64,000 nt of DNA, from the NCBI GenBank assembly GCA_001781335.1, contig MFLL01000001.1:25626-89625 (forward strand), given 5' to 3'. Positions 19,822 through 28,911 of the stretch are shown piece after piece. Position 1 is the first letter of the stretch, and each line of letters opens with the position of its first letter. The notes beneath the pieces were generated by a model. It was not told where the DNA came from. It did no database searches and worked only from the letters and a program-made list of their open reading frames with translations. The translations under genes were made by a program, and so were the position numbers. Origin of the DNA: Candidatus Kaiserbacteria bacterium RIFCSPHIGHO2_02_FULL_55_25. Its GTDB lineage: Bacteria > Patescibacteriota > Minisyncoccia > Phycocordibacterales > UBA2100.

Positions 19822-20919
19822 TCAGCTACGCCGGCGCGAAATACTGAGAAGCAGGCCGGCGCTGCCGAGCGAGGCGAGCATCGCGCTCCCGCCCTGACTG
19901 ATAAATGTGAGCGGTATACCGGTGACAGGTGCGACGCCGAGCATTGAAGCGATGTTTATAAACGCCTCTATAACAAGATAGGTCGATATTCCCACGGCAA
20001 GGAGCGAGCCGAACAAATCCGGCGCGCGGGCCGCGATGCTGTACCCGCGCAATGCGAACGCAAGGAAAAGCGCCACAATAAAGACCGAGCCGACAAAACC
20101 AAGCTCCTCTGCGGCGACCGCGAAAATGGAGTCACCCATCGGCTCCGGAAGATACGTAAACTTCTGTATCCCCTGCCCGAATCCGCGTCCGAACACTCCG
20201 CCCGAACCCACTGCAATAAGCGATTGCTTGATTTGATACGACTGATCGTGCTGGCCCTGCGAGGGATAGATGAATGTGACAAGCCGCTCGCGTACGTAGT
20301 CTTTTTTGTAAGCGACAAGCGCGAGCGCGACAACACCGACGCATATCACTGCCCCGATTTGTTTCCACGATGCGCCGGCGGCAAAAAATATCGCCAAGAC
20401 CGATATGCAGATGATACCGAGTGTTCCGATGTCGGGCTGCAGAACGAGCGCGAGCGCCGGCAATGCAAGCAGAGCCGCAAAGCCACCGAATCCGTACATG
20501 AACGAAGAGACTTTTGTTTTTATTGCGGCGAAATACGAAGCGGCAAGCAGAATGCTCGCGATTTTAAGAAGTTCCGACGGTTGGAACGAAAATCCGGCTA
20601 GGAGAATCCAGCGGCGGGCACCTCCGTGCCCAAACCCGATTTGTGGTATAAAAACGGCAAGAGTGGCGATAATCGCCAATGCATATATGTACGGCGCAAA
20701 GCGGCGCCACCGATGGTAATCCACCGCGGCACCAGTCATGAGCGCAATCGCACCCAAACCCACGCCAAGAACAAGATGGCTGAAGACCACCGACGACATA
20801 TTGGTCGCGCCGCGTGCCAAAAGTCCGAAAGCGGCGGAGGCGAATATCATGCAACCGCCGACAAGCAATACTAGTATCAAAAGCGCCAACGGTTTGTCGA
20901 CGGCGGCGCGTTTCTTCAT
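19822..20919 (-). CDS. ftsW: SEDS peptidoglycan polymerase FtsW
   Basis: GARRWI, FQPSELLK, LQPDIG, YLPE..DSIFAV.AEE.G, PVTGIPLTFISQGGS; next to mraY and murG. Confidence 0.92.
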   Translation of the reverse strand: MKKRAAVDKPLALLILVLLVGGCMIFASAAFGLLARGATNMSSVVFSHLVLGVGLGAIALMTGAAVDYHRWRRFAPYIYALAIIATLAVFIPQIGFGHGGARRWILLAGFSFQPSELLKIASILLAASYFAAIKTKVSSFMYGFGGFAALLALPALALVLQPDIGTLGIICISVLAIFFAAGASWKQIGAVICVGVVALALVAYKKDYVRERLVTFIYPSQGQHDQSYQIKQSLIAVGSGGVFGRGFGQGIQKFTYLPEPMGDSIFAVAAEELGFVGSVFIVALFLAFALRGYSIAARAPDLFGSLLAVGISTYLVIEAFINIASMLGVAPVTGIPLTFISQGGSAMLASLGSAGLLLSISRRRS

Positions 20920-20923
20920 GGGT

Positions 20924-22054
20924 CTATGGTATCACTGTCGCGGGAGCCTCGTAGAGCATGGTTTGCTGGGGACTCACCGCGTACGGTGTTACGGGCAGGG
21001 CGGCGAGCGCGATAATCACCCCGACAAAGGCGAACACAACGGAAAGCACCCAGTAACGCATGACCACCTTGGGGCCCGGCCACCCGATGGCCTCAAAATG
21101 ATGATGCAGAGGCGCGACTTGCAGAACCTTCCTGCCGAAAAAACGTTTGGAAATGACCTGAACTACATTTGAGAGTACCGTAGCGACCAGCAACATGCCG
21201 ATGACCGGCAGTACCGCGACACCCACGCCGCCGCCGATGCTGTCGGTCATAAAGGCGACTGCAGCAAGGCTCAAGGTGAGCCCCATGGTGCCGGTGTCCG
21301 ACATGTAGAAACGCGCGGGAGGAATGTTGAACCAGAGGAATGCCAGCAATCCACCGACGATGGCCGCGCAAAATGCCGCGAGGTCGAGCTGTTGTTGAAC
21401 GAACGCAATGATGGTGTATGAGGCGAAAATGGACGCAAAGACGCCTCCGGAGAGCCCGTCTATCCCGTCGATAACGCCGGATGCGTAGAGCGCCAACGAA
21501 AGAAGAACAAAGCACGGGACAATCAGGATGCCGAGATACAACGGGGAGGCAAATGGGATGCTCAAGCTCACCACGCCGAGTTTCGCCCAAAACCACCAGC
21601 CGGTAAGGCCTGAAAGTGCGATGACGATAAGAATGCGGTGACGCAGCAAGAGGCCGCCGCCGCGCGGTTGAATCGCAAGGATGTCGTCGACGAGACCGAC
21701 CAAAGAGCCGGCCAAAAGGGCCCCGAGCGGTATCCATGTTTGGCTACGGCTCAGGAAGTCGAGCTGGAGCGAGGCGGTATTCGGCATCAGCCGTGCGAGC
21801 GCGGCGATGCCAAAAACGGTGAGCAGGGTACTTCCCCACACCACAATGCCGCCCATGCGCGGCGCGCGAACTTCGTGCTCTTTGTGAAGGTCGTTGAAAA
21901 TGTGCGCCGCTTCGCCGTCAAGAGCTATTTTCCCCGGAGCCTTTTTCCATGCTTTGTGTTTGTATAAATAATGCGTGAGGACCGGTGTCGCTGCCATACC
22001 GAAAATGAACGACACGGTGGCAGGAATAAGGATACGGATAATTTCGTAGAGCAT
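20924..22054 (-). CDS. mraY: Phospho-MurNAc-pentapeptide transferase
   Basis: PRMGG, GLVDD, DGIDGL, FLWFN..PARFYM.DTG, APLHHHFE. Confidence 0.95.
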   Translation of the reverse strand: MLYEIIRILIPATVSFIFGMAATPVLTHYLYKHKAWKKAPGKIALDGEAAHIFNDLHKEHEVRAPRMGGIVVWGSTLLTVFGIAALARLMPNTASLQLDFLSRSQTWIPLGALLAGSLVGLVDDILAIQPRGGGLLLRHRILIVIALSGLTGWWFWAKLGVVSLSIPFASPLYLGILIVPCFVLLSLALYASGVIDGIDGLSGGVFASIFASYTIIAFVQQQLDLAAFCAAIVGGLLAFLWFNIPPARFYMSDTGTMGLTLSLAAVAFMTDSIGGGVGVAVLPVIGMLLVATVLSNVVQVISKRFFGRKVLQVAPLHHHFEAIGWPGPKVVMRYWVLSVVFAFVGVIIALAALPVTPYAVSPQQTMLYEAPATVIP

Positions 22055-22056
22055 AT

Positions 22057-23040
22057 TTATTGCTGGGCAATCGCCGCACGAGCCGCCATTACAAGCATCT
22101 TCATGTCGGCAAATCTTCCGCTGTGCGTGGAGCCGAGGACGACGGCTACGACCGGGCGCGCGAGTCCGACATCAAAGACAACGGCGAGGTTACCGCCCGC
22201 GAGGTCGGTGTAGCCGGTTTTTCCCATGATGAGGCCCGGAATCGCTCCGAGCGCTTCGTTGGTGTTGAACGCGGAGGTCGTATTGCCGTCTTCGTCGGTA
22301 AGCAAGAGACCGTCTCTGGTCGTTCCCGAGAAACTCTCCGGCGAGGTTGATGCGGCGTACGCAAAGAGCGCCGCGACATCCTCCGCCGAACCGTACGCCC
22401 CCGACTGGGATATGCTCGAGTCGAGGCCGTTCACGTTGAGAAAATAGGTGTGCGTAAGACCGAGCGATTGCGCCAGATTGTTCATACGCCACAGTGCCGC
22501 GCCCCCCAACGGTGCCTGCGGATAGCGCGCCTTGACGGCGGCGTCGGCGACCTGTGCGAGAATGTTCGCGCCTTCGTTGGAAGAAGCGACGAGCGTGAAA
22601 TTGATGACGTCACCCAGTTTCCATTTCTCACCTTTCCCGAGACGCATCGCGGCGCCCTTCGGCGCGGTGTCGTAGGGTATGGTGACGAGCGATTCCGGCG
22701 GCATGGCGTCACGCACAGCAAGCACGAGTGCGACTTTGGCAAGTGAAGCGAGCGGTAATTGTGTGCCGGAATTGAGCCGGTAGAGGACTTTTCCTGTGCG
22801 CAGGTCAACAACAACCGCGCTCTTTGCCTGAAGCGAAATACCCGCAAAGGCGTCTGTCACCGCCGCCGCGGAAGCTGTTTCTGCGGACGGTACCTGTGTA
22901 ATATTGCCCATGTAGGCATACACAAATACGAACGCCGCTATAGCAAGCAACAGGAGCGTGGCGGGCCCTGCAAGGCCCGACAGGCGTGAAAGTACCTCCT
23001 GCGGTGCGTCATTGCTGTGCGATATCTCCTGTGGCGGCAT
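22057..23040 (-). CDS. D-alanyl-D-alanine carboxypeptidase (S11)
   Basis: ASLAK (SxxK), SSN (SxN), KTG. Confidence 0.9.
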   Translation of the reverse strand: MPPQEISHSNDAPQEVLSRLSGLAGPATLLLLAIAAFVFVYAYMGNITQVPSAETASAAAVTDAFAGISLQAKSAVVVDLRTGKVLYRLNSGTQLPLASLAKVALVLAVRDAMPPESLVTIPYDTAPKGAAMRLGKGEKWKLGDVINFTLVASSNEGANILAQVADAAVKARYPQAPLGGAALWRMNNLAQSLGLTHTYFLNVNGLDSSISQSGAYGSAEDVAALFAYAASTSPESFSGTTRDGLLLTDEDGNTTSAFNTNEALGAIPGLIMGKTGYTDLAGGNLAVVFDVGLARPVVAVVLGSTHSGRFADMKMLVMAARAAIAQQ

Positions 23041-23596
23041 GGTTTTCAAACGGCTCACTCGATTTTTTCTGGGACTCCTCGAATGCGGCCAATTCGCTGG
23101 CTATTTTAGCATATTCCGGCAATTCGTGCGCGTCGCGGATACCAAGGTGCGAAAGGAGCTCTACCGTGGGCCGGTAGAGGTATTCACGCGCATCGTTGGG
23201 GTTTGCGGCACGTTCAAGCAGTCCGCGCGAGGCAAGTGTGCGGATAGTTGACGATGTGTTGACTCCGCGGATGTAATCTATCTGTGTACGGGTCGAAGGT
23301 CCGCGATAGAGAATGATTGAGATGACTTCGAGCCCCGCGTCCCCTATCTCGCGACCTAATTCCCGTTCAAATGCTTTTTGTACGACGGGCGCGACAGGCG
23401 CGGCTACCACGAGTGCGGCTTCAGTGTCGCTCACCACGAGAGTAAGGCCGCCGTTTTCGAGTCTCGCGCGAAGTTTTGGGAGTGCCTCATCGACGTGCGC
23501 CAATGAAACATCGAGCAATTGCGCAATTTTCTTTTTGGGAAGCGAGCCGCCTTCGCTAAAAAGCAGTGCTTCGATTTTTGCGGAAAGGTCATCCAT
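23009..23596 (-). CDS. scpB: SMC-Scp subunit ScpB
   Basis: IEALLF, LEVISIILYRGP.TR..IDYIRGVN. Confidence 0.93.
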   Translation of the reverse strand: MDDLSAKIEALLFSEGGSLPKKKIAQLLDVSLAHVDEALPKLRARLENGGLTLVVSDTEAALVVAAPVAPVVQKAFERELGREIGDAGLEVISIILYRGPSTRTQIDYIRGVNTSSTIRTLASRGLLERAANPNDAREYLYRPTVELLSHLGIRDAHELPEYAKIASELAAFEESQKKSSEPFENHAATGDIAQQ

Positions 23597-23602
23597 ATTA
23601 TG

Positions 23603-24328
23603 TTATGTGCCGTAGCGGGGTGCCGCGAGCGAGTCGTTCTCGATGGTGATGTCTTCGAATAGCCGTTCCTGCGTCACACTCGCGGAGCCTGCGCGCACTA
23701 GCTCCAGCATGGCGAGAAAATACACAATAACCTCGTGGCGGTCTTTACTCTTCGTCAACTCGCTGAAGCGTGCCTTGAAAGCATTGGCAAGCCTTTCTTT
23801 AAGACGCACAATGACGTCCTCGAGCGCCAGCACCGGCGCTACGGCCGCCTGCATCATTGCTTCCGGCTTGGGCAAAATGTTCATCAGGCGTATCGCCGCT
23901 TCCGCAATAGTCTGAATCGTCGCTTCGGCTGGAGAGAAGACGGCCGCGCGCGCCGGAGCGCGGTACGGGAACAGGAGTGGCGCTCTCCCCCACTCTTTGC
24001 GCAAAAGCCGCGATGCCTTGCGGATGATTTGCAGGCGCGCAAGCCGGCGCTCGAGCTCCAACACTGAATCGCGCTCGTCTTCGGAAAGGTCCATGGTGGG
24101 GAGAAGCGCGCGCGACTTGATAAGCAGGAGAGTGGAGGCGACGAGTATGAATTGTGCGGTCTCCCCGAGAGGAAGTTCGGGTAATTTTTCCACATACGCG
24201 AGATATGCGTCCGCCACATCCGCAAGCGAGATGTCCGAAATGGACATTCTGCGCTCCTCAATGAGGTTCAGCAGTGTCTCGAGAGGGCCCTGAAACGTGC
24301 CCGTAGCGATGTTAAATTTGCCCGTCAT
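23603..24328 (-). CDS. scpA: SMC-Scp subunit ScpA
   Basis: FQGPLETLLNLIE, STLLLIKSRALLP, FLAMLELV. Confidence 0.93.
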   Translation of the reverse strand: MTGKFNIATGTFQGPLETLLNLIEERRMSISDISLADVADAYLAYVEKLPELPLGETAQFILVASTLLLIKSRALLPTMDLSEDERDSVLELERRLARLQIIRKASRLLRKEWGRAPLLFPYRAPARAAVFSPAEATIQTIAEAAIRLMNILPKPEAMMQAAVAPVLALEDVIVRLKERLANAFKARFSELTKSKDRHEVIVYFLAMLELVRAGSASVTQERLFEDITIENDSLAAPRYGT

Positions 24329-25656
24329 GACTCGAATTCCGGAGCTTCCGAAAGGCGTGAATCAATGCGCGTCATGTCGCGCGGGAATGCGGTCGCCTCC
24401 TTAACGTTCGGTATTTCAAGCATGCGTGCAGTAAATCGTTCAAGTCCTGTTGAGGAACCGCCGTGCGGCGGCATGCCGTACCTGAAGGCTTGAAGATAAA
24501 AAACAAATTTCGCGGGATCGAATCCTCTTTCCTTCATTCGTGCGACGAGAGTGTCGTGATCATGTATGCGTTGTGCGCCACTGTTGATTTCAAGACCGCG
24601 GAAAAGCAAATCAAAACCCCTTGAATACGGTGATTCGGACGGGTCCTCATAGGTGTAGAACGCCCGCTTTTTCGTGGGATAGCGAGTAATAAAAATAAAG
24701 TCGGAACCCTTTTCCTTCTTAGACCACTCGCAAATCTGCCGCTCATTCTCCGGCTCCATATCCGGTTCGTGAGGAACACCCAGTATGTCTTGTGCCTCAC
24801 GCAATGTAAGTATCGGGATTTCATCGGGCACGAGCGGAACGGACGTATGGAATCGTTCGAATATGTCTGCGTGTTTTTCTGCAACAAATTTGACAGTGTC
24901 TTTGATGGTTTTCTCAAGCACGCGCATCGGTTCTTTTTCGTTCTCAATGAAACCCATCTCGAAATCCATGCACGTGGCTTCGCTCAAGTGTCTTGTGGTA
25001 GCGCTCCTCTCCGCGCGAAATATCTTTGCCACAGTGAACGCTCTTTCGAACGGGCCAACCATGATTTGTTTGTAAAATTGAGGACTCGTTGCAAGATAGG
25101 CCGTCTTGTCGTTGAAGTAATCGACCTTGAATACGGCCGAGCCGCCTTCTGCATCGCCACCGACAAGCGCTGGGGCCACGAATTCCGTAAACCCCTGCAA
25201 TTTCAAGGATGTCCGGTATGCATCAAGTATTGAAGATTGCATATGAAAGATGTCTCGGCTTCGCTGTGTTTTAAGCGTCAGTGGCAAATTGTCCAGATGT
25301 GTCTCAAGATGTAGGTCGGCACCAAGTTCAAAGGGCAGTGTCGCGGCCGCTCCGAGCACCTCTACCCTCTCTATCTGCAATTCTATGTCGCCGTTCTGCT
25401 TCCCCTCTTGGACGTTCTTTTCAGGTCGCTTGTTCACCAGCCCTGTAACTGCAACGGCCGACTCGACGCGCACGTCTTTGGCCGTCTCGATTGCCGCACT
25501 TTTAGGTAATACGACACCCTGCACGCTTCCCGTCATATCGCGGAAATCAAAAAATACCATCTTGCCTTGGTCGCGACGCACTGATACCCATCCCATAATC
25601 GTAACGCTCTCGCCGACATGCTGACTCAAATCTCCGATGTATGTGCGTTTTTCCAT
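24325..25656 (-). CDS. aspS: Aspartate--tRNA ligase, short non-discriminating type
   Basis: OB fold GWV..RRDQG, AYLATSPQFYKQ, FRAE, SGAQRIH, GMPPHGG..GLER. Confidence 0.9.
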   Translation of the reverse strand: MEKRTYIGDLSQHVGESVTIMGWVSVRRDQGKMVFFDFRDMTGSVQGVVLPKSAAIETAKDVRVESAVAVTGLVNKRPEKNVQEGKQNGDIELQIERVEVLGAAATLPFELGADLHLETHLDNLPLTLKTQRSRDIFHMQSSILDAYRTSLKLQGFTEFVAPALVGGDAEGGSAVFKVDYFNDKTAYLATSPQFYKQIMVGPFERAFTVAKIFRAERSATTRHLSEATCMDFEMGFIENEKEPMRVLEKTIKDTVKFVAEKHADIFERFHTSVPLVPDEIPILTLREAQDILGVPHEPDMEPENERQICEWSKKEKGSDFIFITRYPTKKRAFYTYEDPSESPYSRGFDLLFRGLEINSGAQRIHDHDTLVARMKERGFDPAKFVFYLQAFRYGMPPHGGSSTGLERFTARMLEIPNVKEATAFPRDMTRIDSRLSEAPEFES

Positions 25657-25658
25657 AG

Positions 25659-26591
25659 TTAGAGTGCCACGCCGATTTTTTGTCGCACGTCGGCCATCTT
25701 TGCAGACGCGCGGGCGCGGGCACGCTCGGCTCCGTGCGTCAGTATTTGTTTGACCTCTTCGTCGGTAATGACATCGCGTCGTTCACGCATCGGCGCGACA
25801 ACGGCCTCAATATCCTCGATGAGCGCTTCTTTTAATACTTTGTATTTACCTTTGTTTGTTTTGTACAGTTCTCCCAAGTAGTCGCCATCGCGGAACAACG
25901 CGTGTATCGCATATACATTCGTCGGACTCTCGGCATTGGAATCCGTGACGATAGACATAACGGCCTTCGCAATCTCGTCTTTGGTGCCGAACAGCGGAAT
26001 AGTGTTGCCGTAGCTCTTACTCATCTTCTTTCCGTCCGTACCCGGCACGATCGCGATTGCGTCGAGTATCCGCTCCTTGGGCTCTTTGAACGTGTCACCG
26101 AATGCTTTGTTGAACTTGGCCGCCGCTTCGCGCGCATACTCGACGTGTTGGCGCTGGTCCGCGCCCACAGGCACGATGTCGGTGTTGTAAAGCAAAATGT
26201 CGGCCGCCATAAGCATCGGATATGCAAAAAGGCCGGCGTTGGCCTCGAGCCCTTTCCCTACTTTGTCTTTGTATGCGTGCGACAGCTCGAGGAACGGCAC
26301 GGTGACGAGGCACTGGAATATCCACGCGAGCTCGGTGTGCTCCGGCACATCCGACTGTTTGAACACGACCGTCTTATCGGGGTCGATGCCTGCGGCGAGA
26401 TAATCGCGAGTCGCGTTGATGATATTGGCACGTAGCTCCGCGGGCTCGCGCAGTGTCGTGAGCGCATGGTAGTCCGCGACCATGAGCATACCCTCATGCT
26501 CCTTGCACATCTCAACAGCCGGCTTGAGCGCACCGATGTAGTTGCCGATATGAAGTGCCCCTGATGGCTGTAATCCCGTGAATAGTTTCAT
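25659..26591 (-). CDS. trpS: Tryptophan--tRNA ligase
   Basis: TGLQPSG.LHIGNY, YPMLMAADILLY, VG.DQ.QH, KMSKS. Confidence 0.97.
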   Translation of the reverse strand: MKLFTGLQPSGALHIGNYIGALKPAVEMCKEHEGMLMVADYHALTTLREPAELRANIINATRDYLAAGIDPDKTVVFKQSDVPEHTELAWIFQCLVTVPFLELSHAYKDKVGKGLEANAGLFAYPMLMAADILLYNTDIVPVGADQRQHVEYAREAAAKFNKAFGDTFKEPKERILDAIAIVPGTDGKKMSKSYGNTIPLFGTKDEIAKAVMSIVTDSNAESPTNVYAIHALFRDGDYLGELYKTNKGKYKVLKEALIEDIEAVVAPMRERRDVITDEEVKQILTHGAERARARASAKMADVRQKIGVAL

Positions 26592-26636
26592 AGTGACGAT
26601 AGAGCGGCGTAAGAGGTAAACAGTTTACCCCGTACT

Positions 26637-26655
26637 AACTTGACCCAGTCAAGTT
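26637..26655. repeat. Palindrome with 3-nt loop at the edge of an accessory region
   Basis: AACTTGAC-CCA-GTCAAGTT. Confidence 0.55.
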
Positions 26656-26724
26656 TAGCGCTGAGGCCGCATAGGCTCAAATATATCAGATTTCTCGGCG
26701 TCCCTGTAGGGTTCAGTATATAAG

Positions 26725-26754
26725 AAAACCCCGCGTGACAATGCGCGCGGGGTT
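26725..26754 (-). terminator. Intrinsic terminator
   Basis: AACCCCGCG..CGCGGGGTT with a T-tract on the minus strand after the NTase gene. Confidence 0.65.
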
Positions 26755-27538
26755 ACTCTGACTGAGAGTCAGGATACAAACCATAGAACAGTTCTATAGC
26801 TTGTTCAGTAATTTCCATCGCCTTGCGTGGTTCCGATTCGGCACCGTTAACGATTGCGAGCGCTTGCCTGGCAAGTGGTGTTGCCTCCGGCGCATACGTT
26901 GCAATCATCGTGACCGTTTGCTCTGGCGAGATGTAGAATGTCGCACCGCGGAGAATCGTAATGCCGGAGAGCACGCGAATCGCGGCTTTTGCGCTGGAGC
27001 GAGCAAGCAGTCTGGGATTACTCCGAAACGGCTCATTGATGACCCCAGACCGATACCTTTTCATTAGTATCTTGGCGCGAGCGGCACGTCCGTAGGCCAT
27101 CGTCTCGACTGAGGGGACGTGTGCCCGAAAGTCGATCCCGTCGCCCCACAGATGCAGTCCTGTCACTGCGATGATTCGTGCCCGGCCCAATACCATCGCA
27201 TCAGGATTCTCCACATGGAGCGCCGCAAGACTGAGTATCGAGTTATTGATGAATGATACTTGTGGCCAAGATGCACCGAGCGTCGACAGCTCTCGCCGTC
27301 TCGCAGCTTCATTGTCAGGGTGTACTTCTCGCTCGACCACCCCAACGACATCAAGGTCGCTAACGCCAGGCATCCATTCTCCTACCGCCACGCTTCCGAT
27401 GACGTAGACTGACCGTAAATCAGAATGATGTCGTCGGTAGCATGCCACAGTATCATCCGCAAGCGGGCGGAGAATTGATGGAATCTCTTCAAGAACTTTG
27501 AAACCAAGCGTGAGACGCTTGGGTGATTGATCTGACAT
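26753..27538 (-). CDS. Nucleotidyltransferase-domain protein (Pol beta-like)
   Basis: SVYVIGSVAVGE...GVSDLDVV (GS..DxD), helical C-terminus. Confidence 0.75.
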   Translation of the reverse strand: MSDQSPKRLTLGFKVLEEIPSILRPLADDTVACYRRHHSDLRSVYVIGSVAVGEWMPGVSDLDVVGVVEREVHPDNEAARRRELSTLGASWPQVSFINNSILSLAALHVENPDAMVLGRARIIAVTGLHLWGDGIDFRAHVPSVETMAYGRAARAKILMKRYRSGVINEPFRSNPRLLARSSAKAAIRVLSGITILRGATFYISPEQTVTMIATYAPEATPLARQALAIVNGAESEPRKAMEITEQAIELFYGLYPDSQSE

Positions 27539-27556
27539 GTACTCCTCCTGTTTGCA

Positions 27557-28252
27557 TCATCGGTTGATATGCCGATCGGCAACTTCACGCATGTACTGCA
27601 AGCGATCAGGGATAGGCATTCCCATGAAGTGTATAGCGAACGGATCGGACGCCATCGTCGGGCCAGCATATCTTTCGTGATACGGCTGGTTCCAACCGAT
27701 GGGCAACCACGCTGTACCTTTCATAAGCTCGGTTGGTGTATCGGGTATTCGCGCACCACGATAGTGCTCGTCGCCCAAAATCCATCCGAGTGCCCTGAGC
27801 ACCGCGCCCTGGTCAGCCCAGCGCCCTTCCGGCATCCCAATTTCCAAGACCCGATCTAAAAAGCGAAATGCTTTTTCGGTGTTACGGAGCACCCACACCC
27901 CCGTATTTGGATTCGTCCGGCCTTCTAACGGAACTGAGTGGAGTACCAAACCTTGGTAGTCGGTTGCGTCGAGTGAGTCCAGGATGTCCACATCGGTTCG
28001 ACAGATCAGCACATCCGCGTCAAACCATACGATAACGTCACTCTGTTCAAGAGCCGACCGGATGAGACGCAACTTTTGCCAGCGGACGCTCTTGGCAGTG
28101 GCACTCCACCTATCCGCATCGTCTTCCGTCACATATGTTACTTGCATCCTGTAGCCATGACGCTCCGCGAACGAAGCGAATGGCGCCAGCGAAATGGTAG
28201 TGAGAACTGGTGCCATGCTCGGCCCAGCCGCCGTCACGATTGTTTTGCGCAC
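27557..28252 (-). CDS. Glycosyltransferase, GT34-like
   Basis: W.K..LI, VWFDADVLI (DxD), NTGVW.LRN, W.DQGA, IHFMG; GTG start overlaps upstream TAG. Confidence 0.75.
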   Translation of the reverse strand: MRKTIVTAAGPSMAPVLTTISLAPFASFAERHGYRMQVTYVTEDDADRWSATAKSVRWQKLRLIRSALEQSDVIVWFDADVLICRTDVDILDSLDATDYQGLVLHSVPLEGRTNPNTGVWVLRNTEKAFRFLDRVLEIGMPEGRWADQGAVLRALGWILGDEHYRGARIPDTPTELMKGTAWLPIGWNQPYHERYAGPTMASDPFAIHFMGMPIPDRLQYMREVADRHINR

Positions 28253-28854
28253 TATTTACTCCCTTCTGAAAGAGCAGTTGGTTTGTTGCTCATAGCGATT
28301 AGCTTCCGCAACACTACAGCATATCCAACCGCATCGTCAAGTGCATTGTGCGTATGCTCGGGCATATCTTTCGTTAGCTCCTTTGGCCAGTGTATGCGCC
28401 TGGAGTTGTCAAAAGTAAAGCCGAATTTGCCTGCAACATAGGATTTAATGTCGAGCGATCGAATACTGTTCTTTTCGTTTTTGAACGGGTTAGCAGACGC
28501 AAATCGGGACAAATACCAACTGACGAACGTGTAGTCGAGACTGACAGGATTTGAAACAAAGATGGCCTCGCGCCCAAGTTCGGTAACCCAGTTATAGAAT
28601 TCCGTCATCACGTGCTTCGGTGGCTGTGAATCGGTGGTTGCTTCTTTCCATGCTTCTTGATGTCTCTTCCACCATTCAGTCACAGTGGGGTCAGCTGATG
28701 CATTCGGGAGTGTGGCGAGCTTACGATAAAAACGCGACACTTCTTCTTTTTCAGTTGTTGCTACTGCCGCGAGACTGAGCATTGAATTGAGCCCCACCGA
28801 CGGGCCATCAGCTTCAATATCGATTACTATAAAAATTTGGGAATCAGAAATCAT
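28252..28854 (-). CDS. DEDD 3'-5' exo(ribo)nuclease, Rv2179c-like
   Basis: IDIEADGP..SMLSL, SLDIKSY, HTHNALDDA. Confidence 0.8.
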   Translation of the reverse strand: MISDSQIFIVIDIEADGPSVGLNSMLSLAAVATTEKEEVSRFYRKLATLPNASADPTVTEWWKRHQEAWKEATTDSQPPKHVMTEFYNWVTELGREAIFVSNPVSLDYTFVSWYLSRFASANPFKNEKNSIRSLDIKSYVAGKFGFTFDNSRRIHWPKELTKDMPEHTHNALDDAVGYAVVLRKLIAMSNKPTALSEGSK

Positions 28855-28911
28855 AGAGACTTGCAGTACAGTTTCATGATATCTGCGTTCGTCAACATAT
28901 CAACAAATATA

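Noticed and set aside
26697-26714. GGCGTCCCTGTAGGGTTC resembles the reverse complement of a tRNA 3' end (possible att remnant)
   Set aside because: Only about 18 nt, no intact T-loop or cloverleaf, and no partner copy or integrase in the window.
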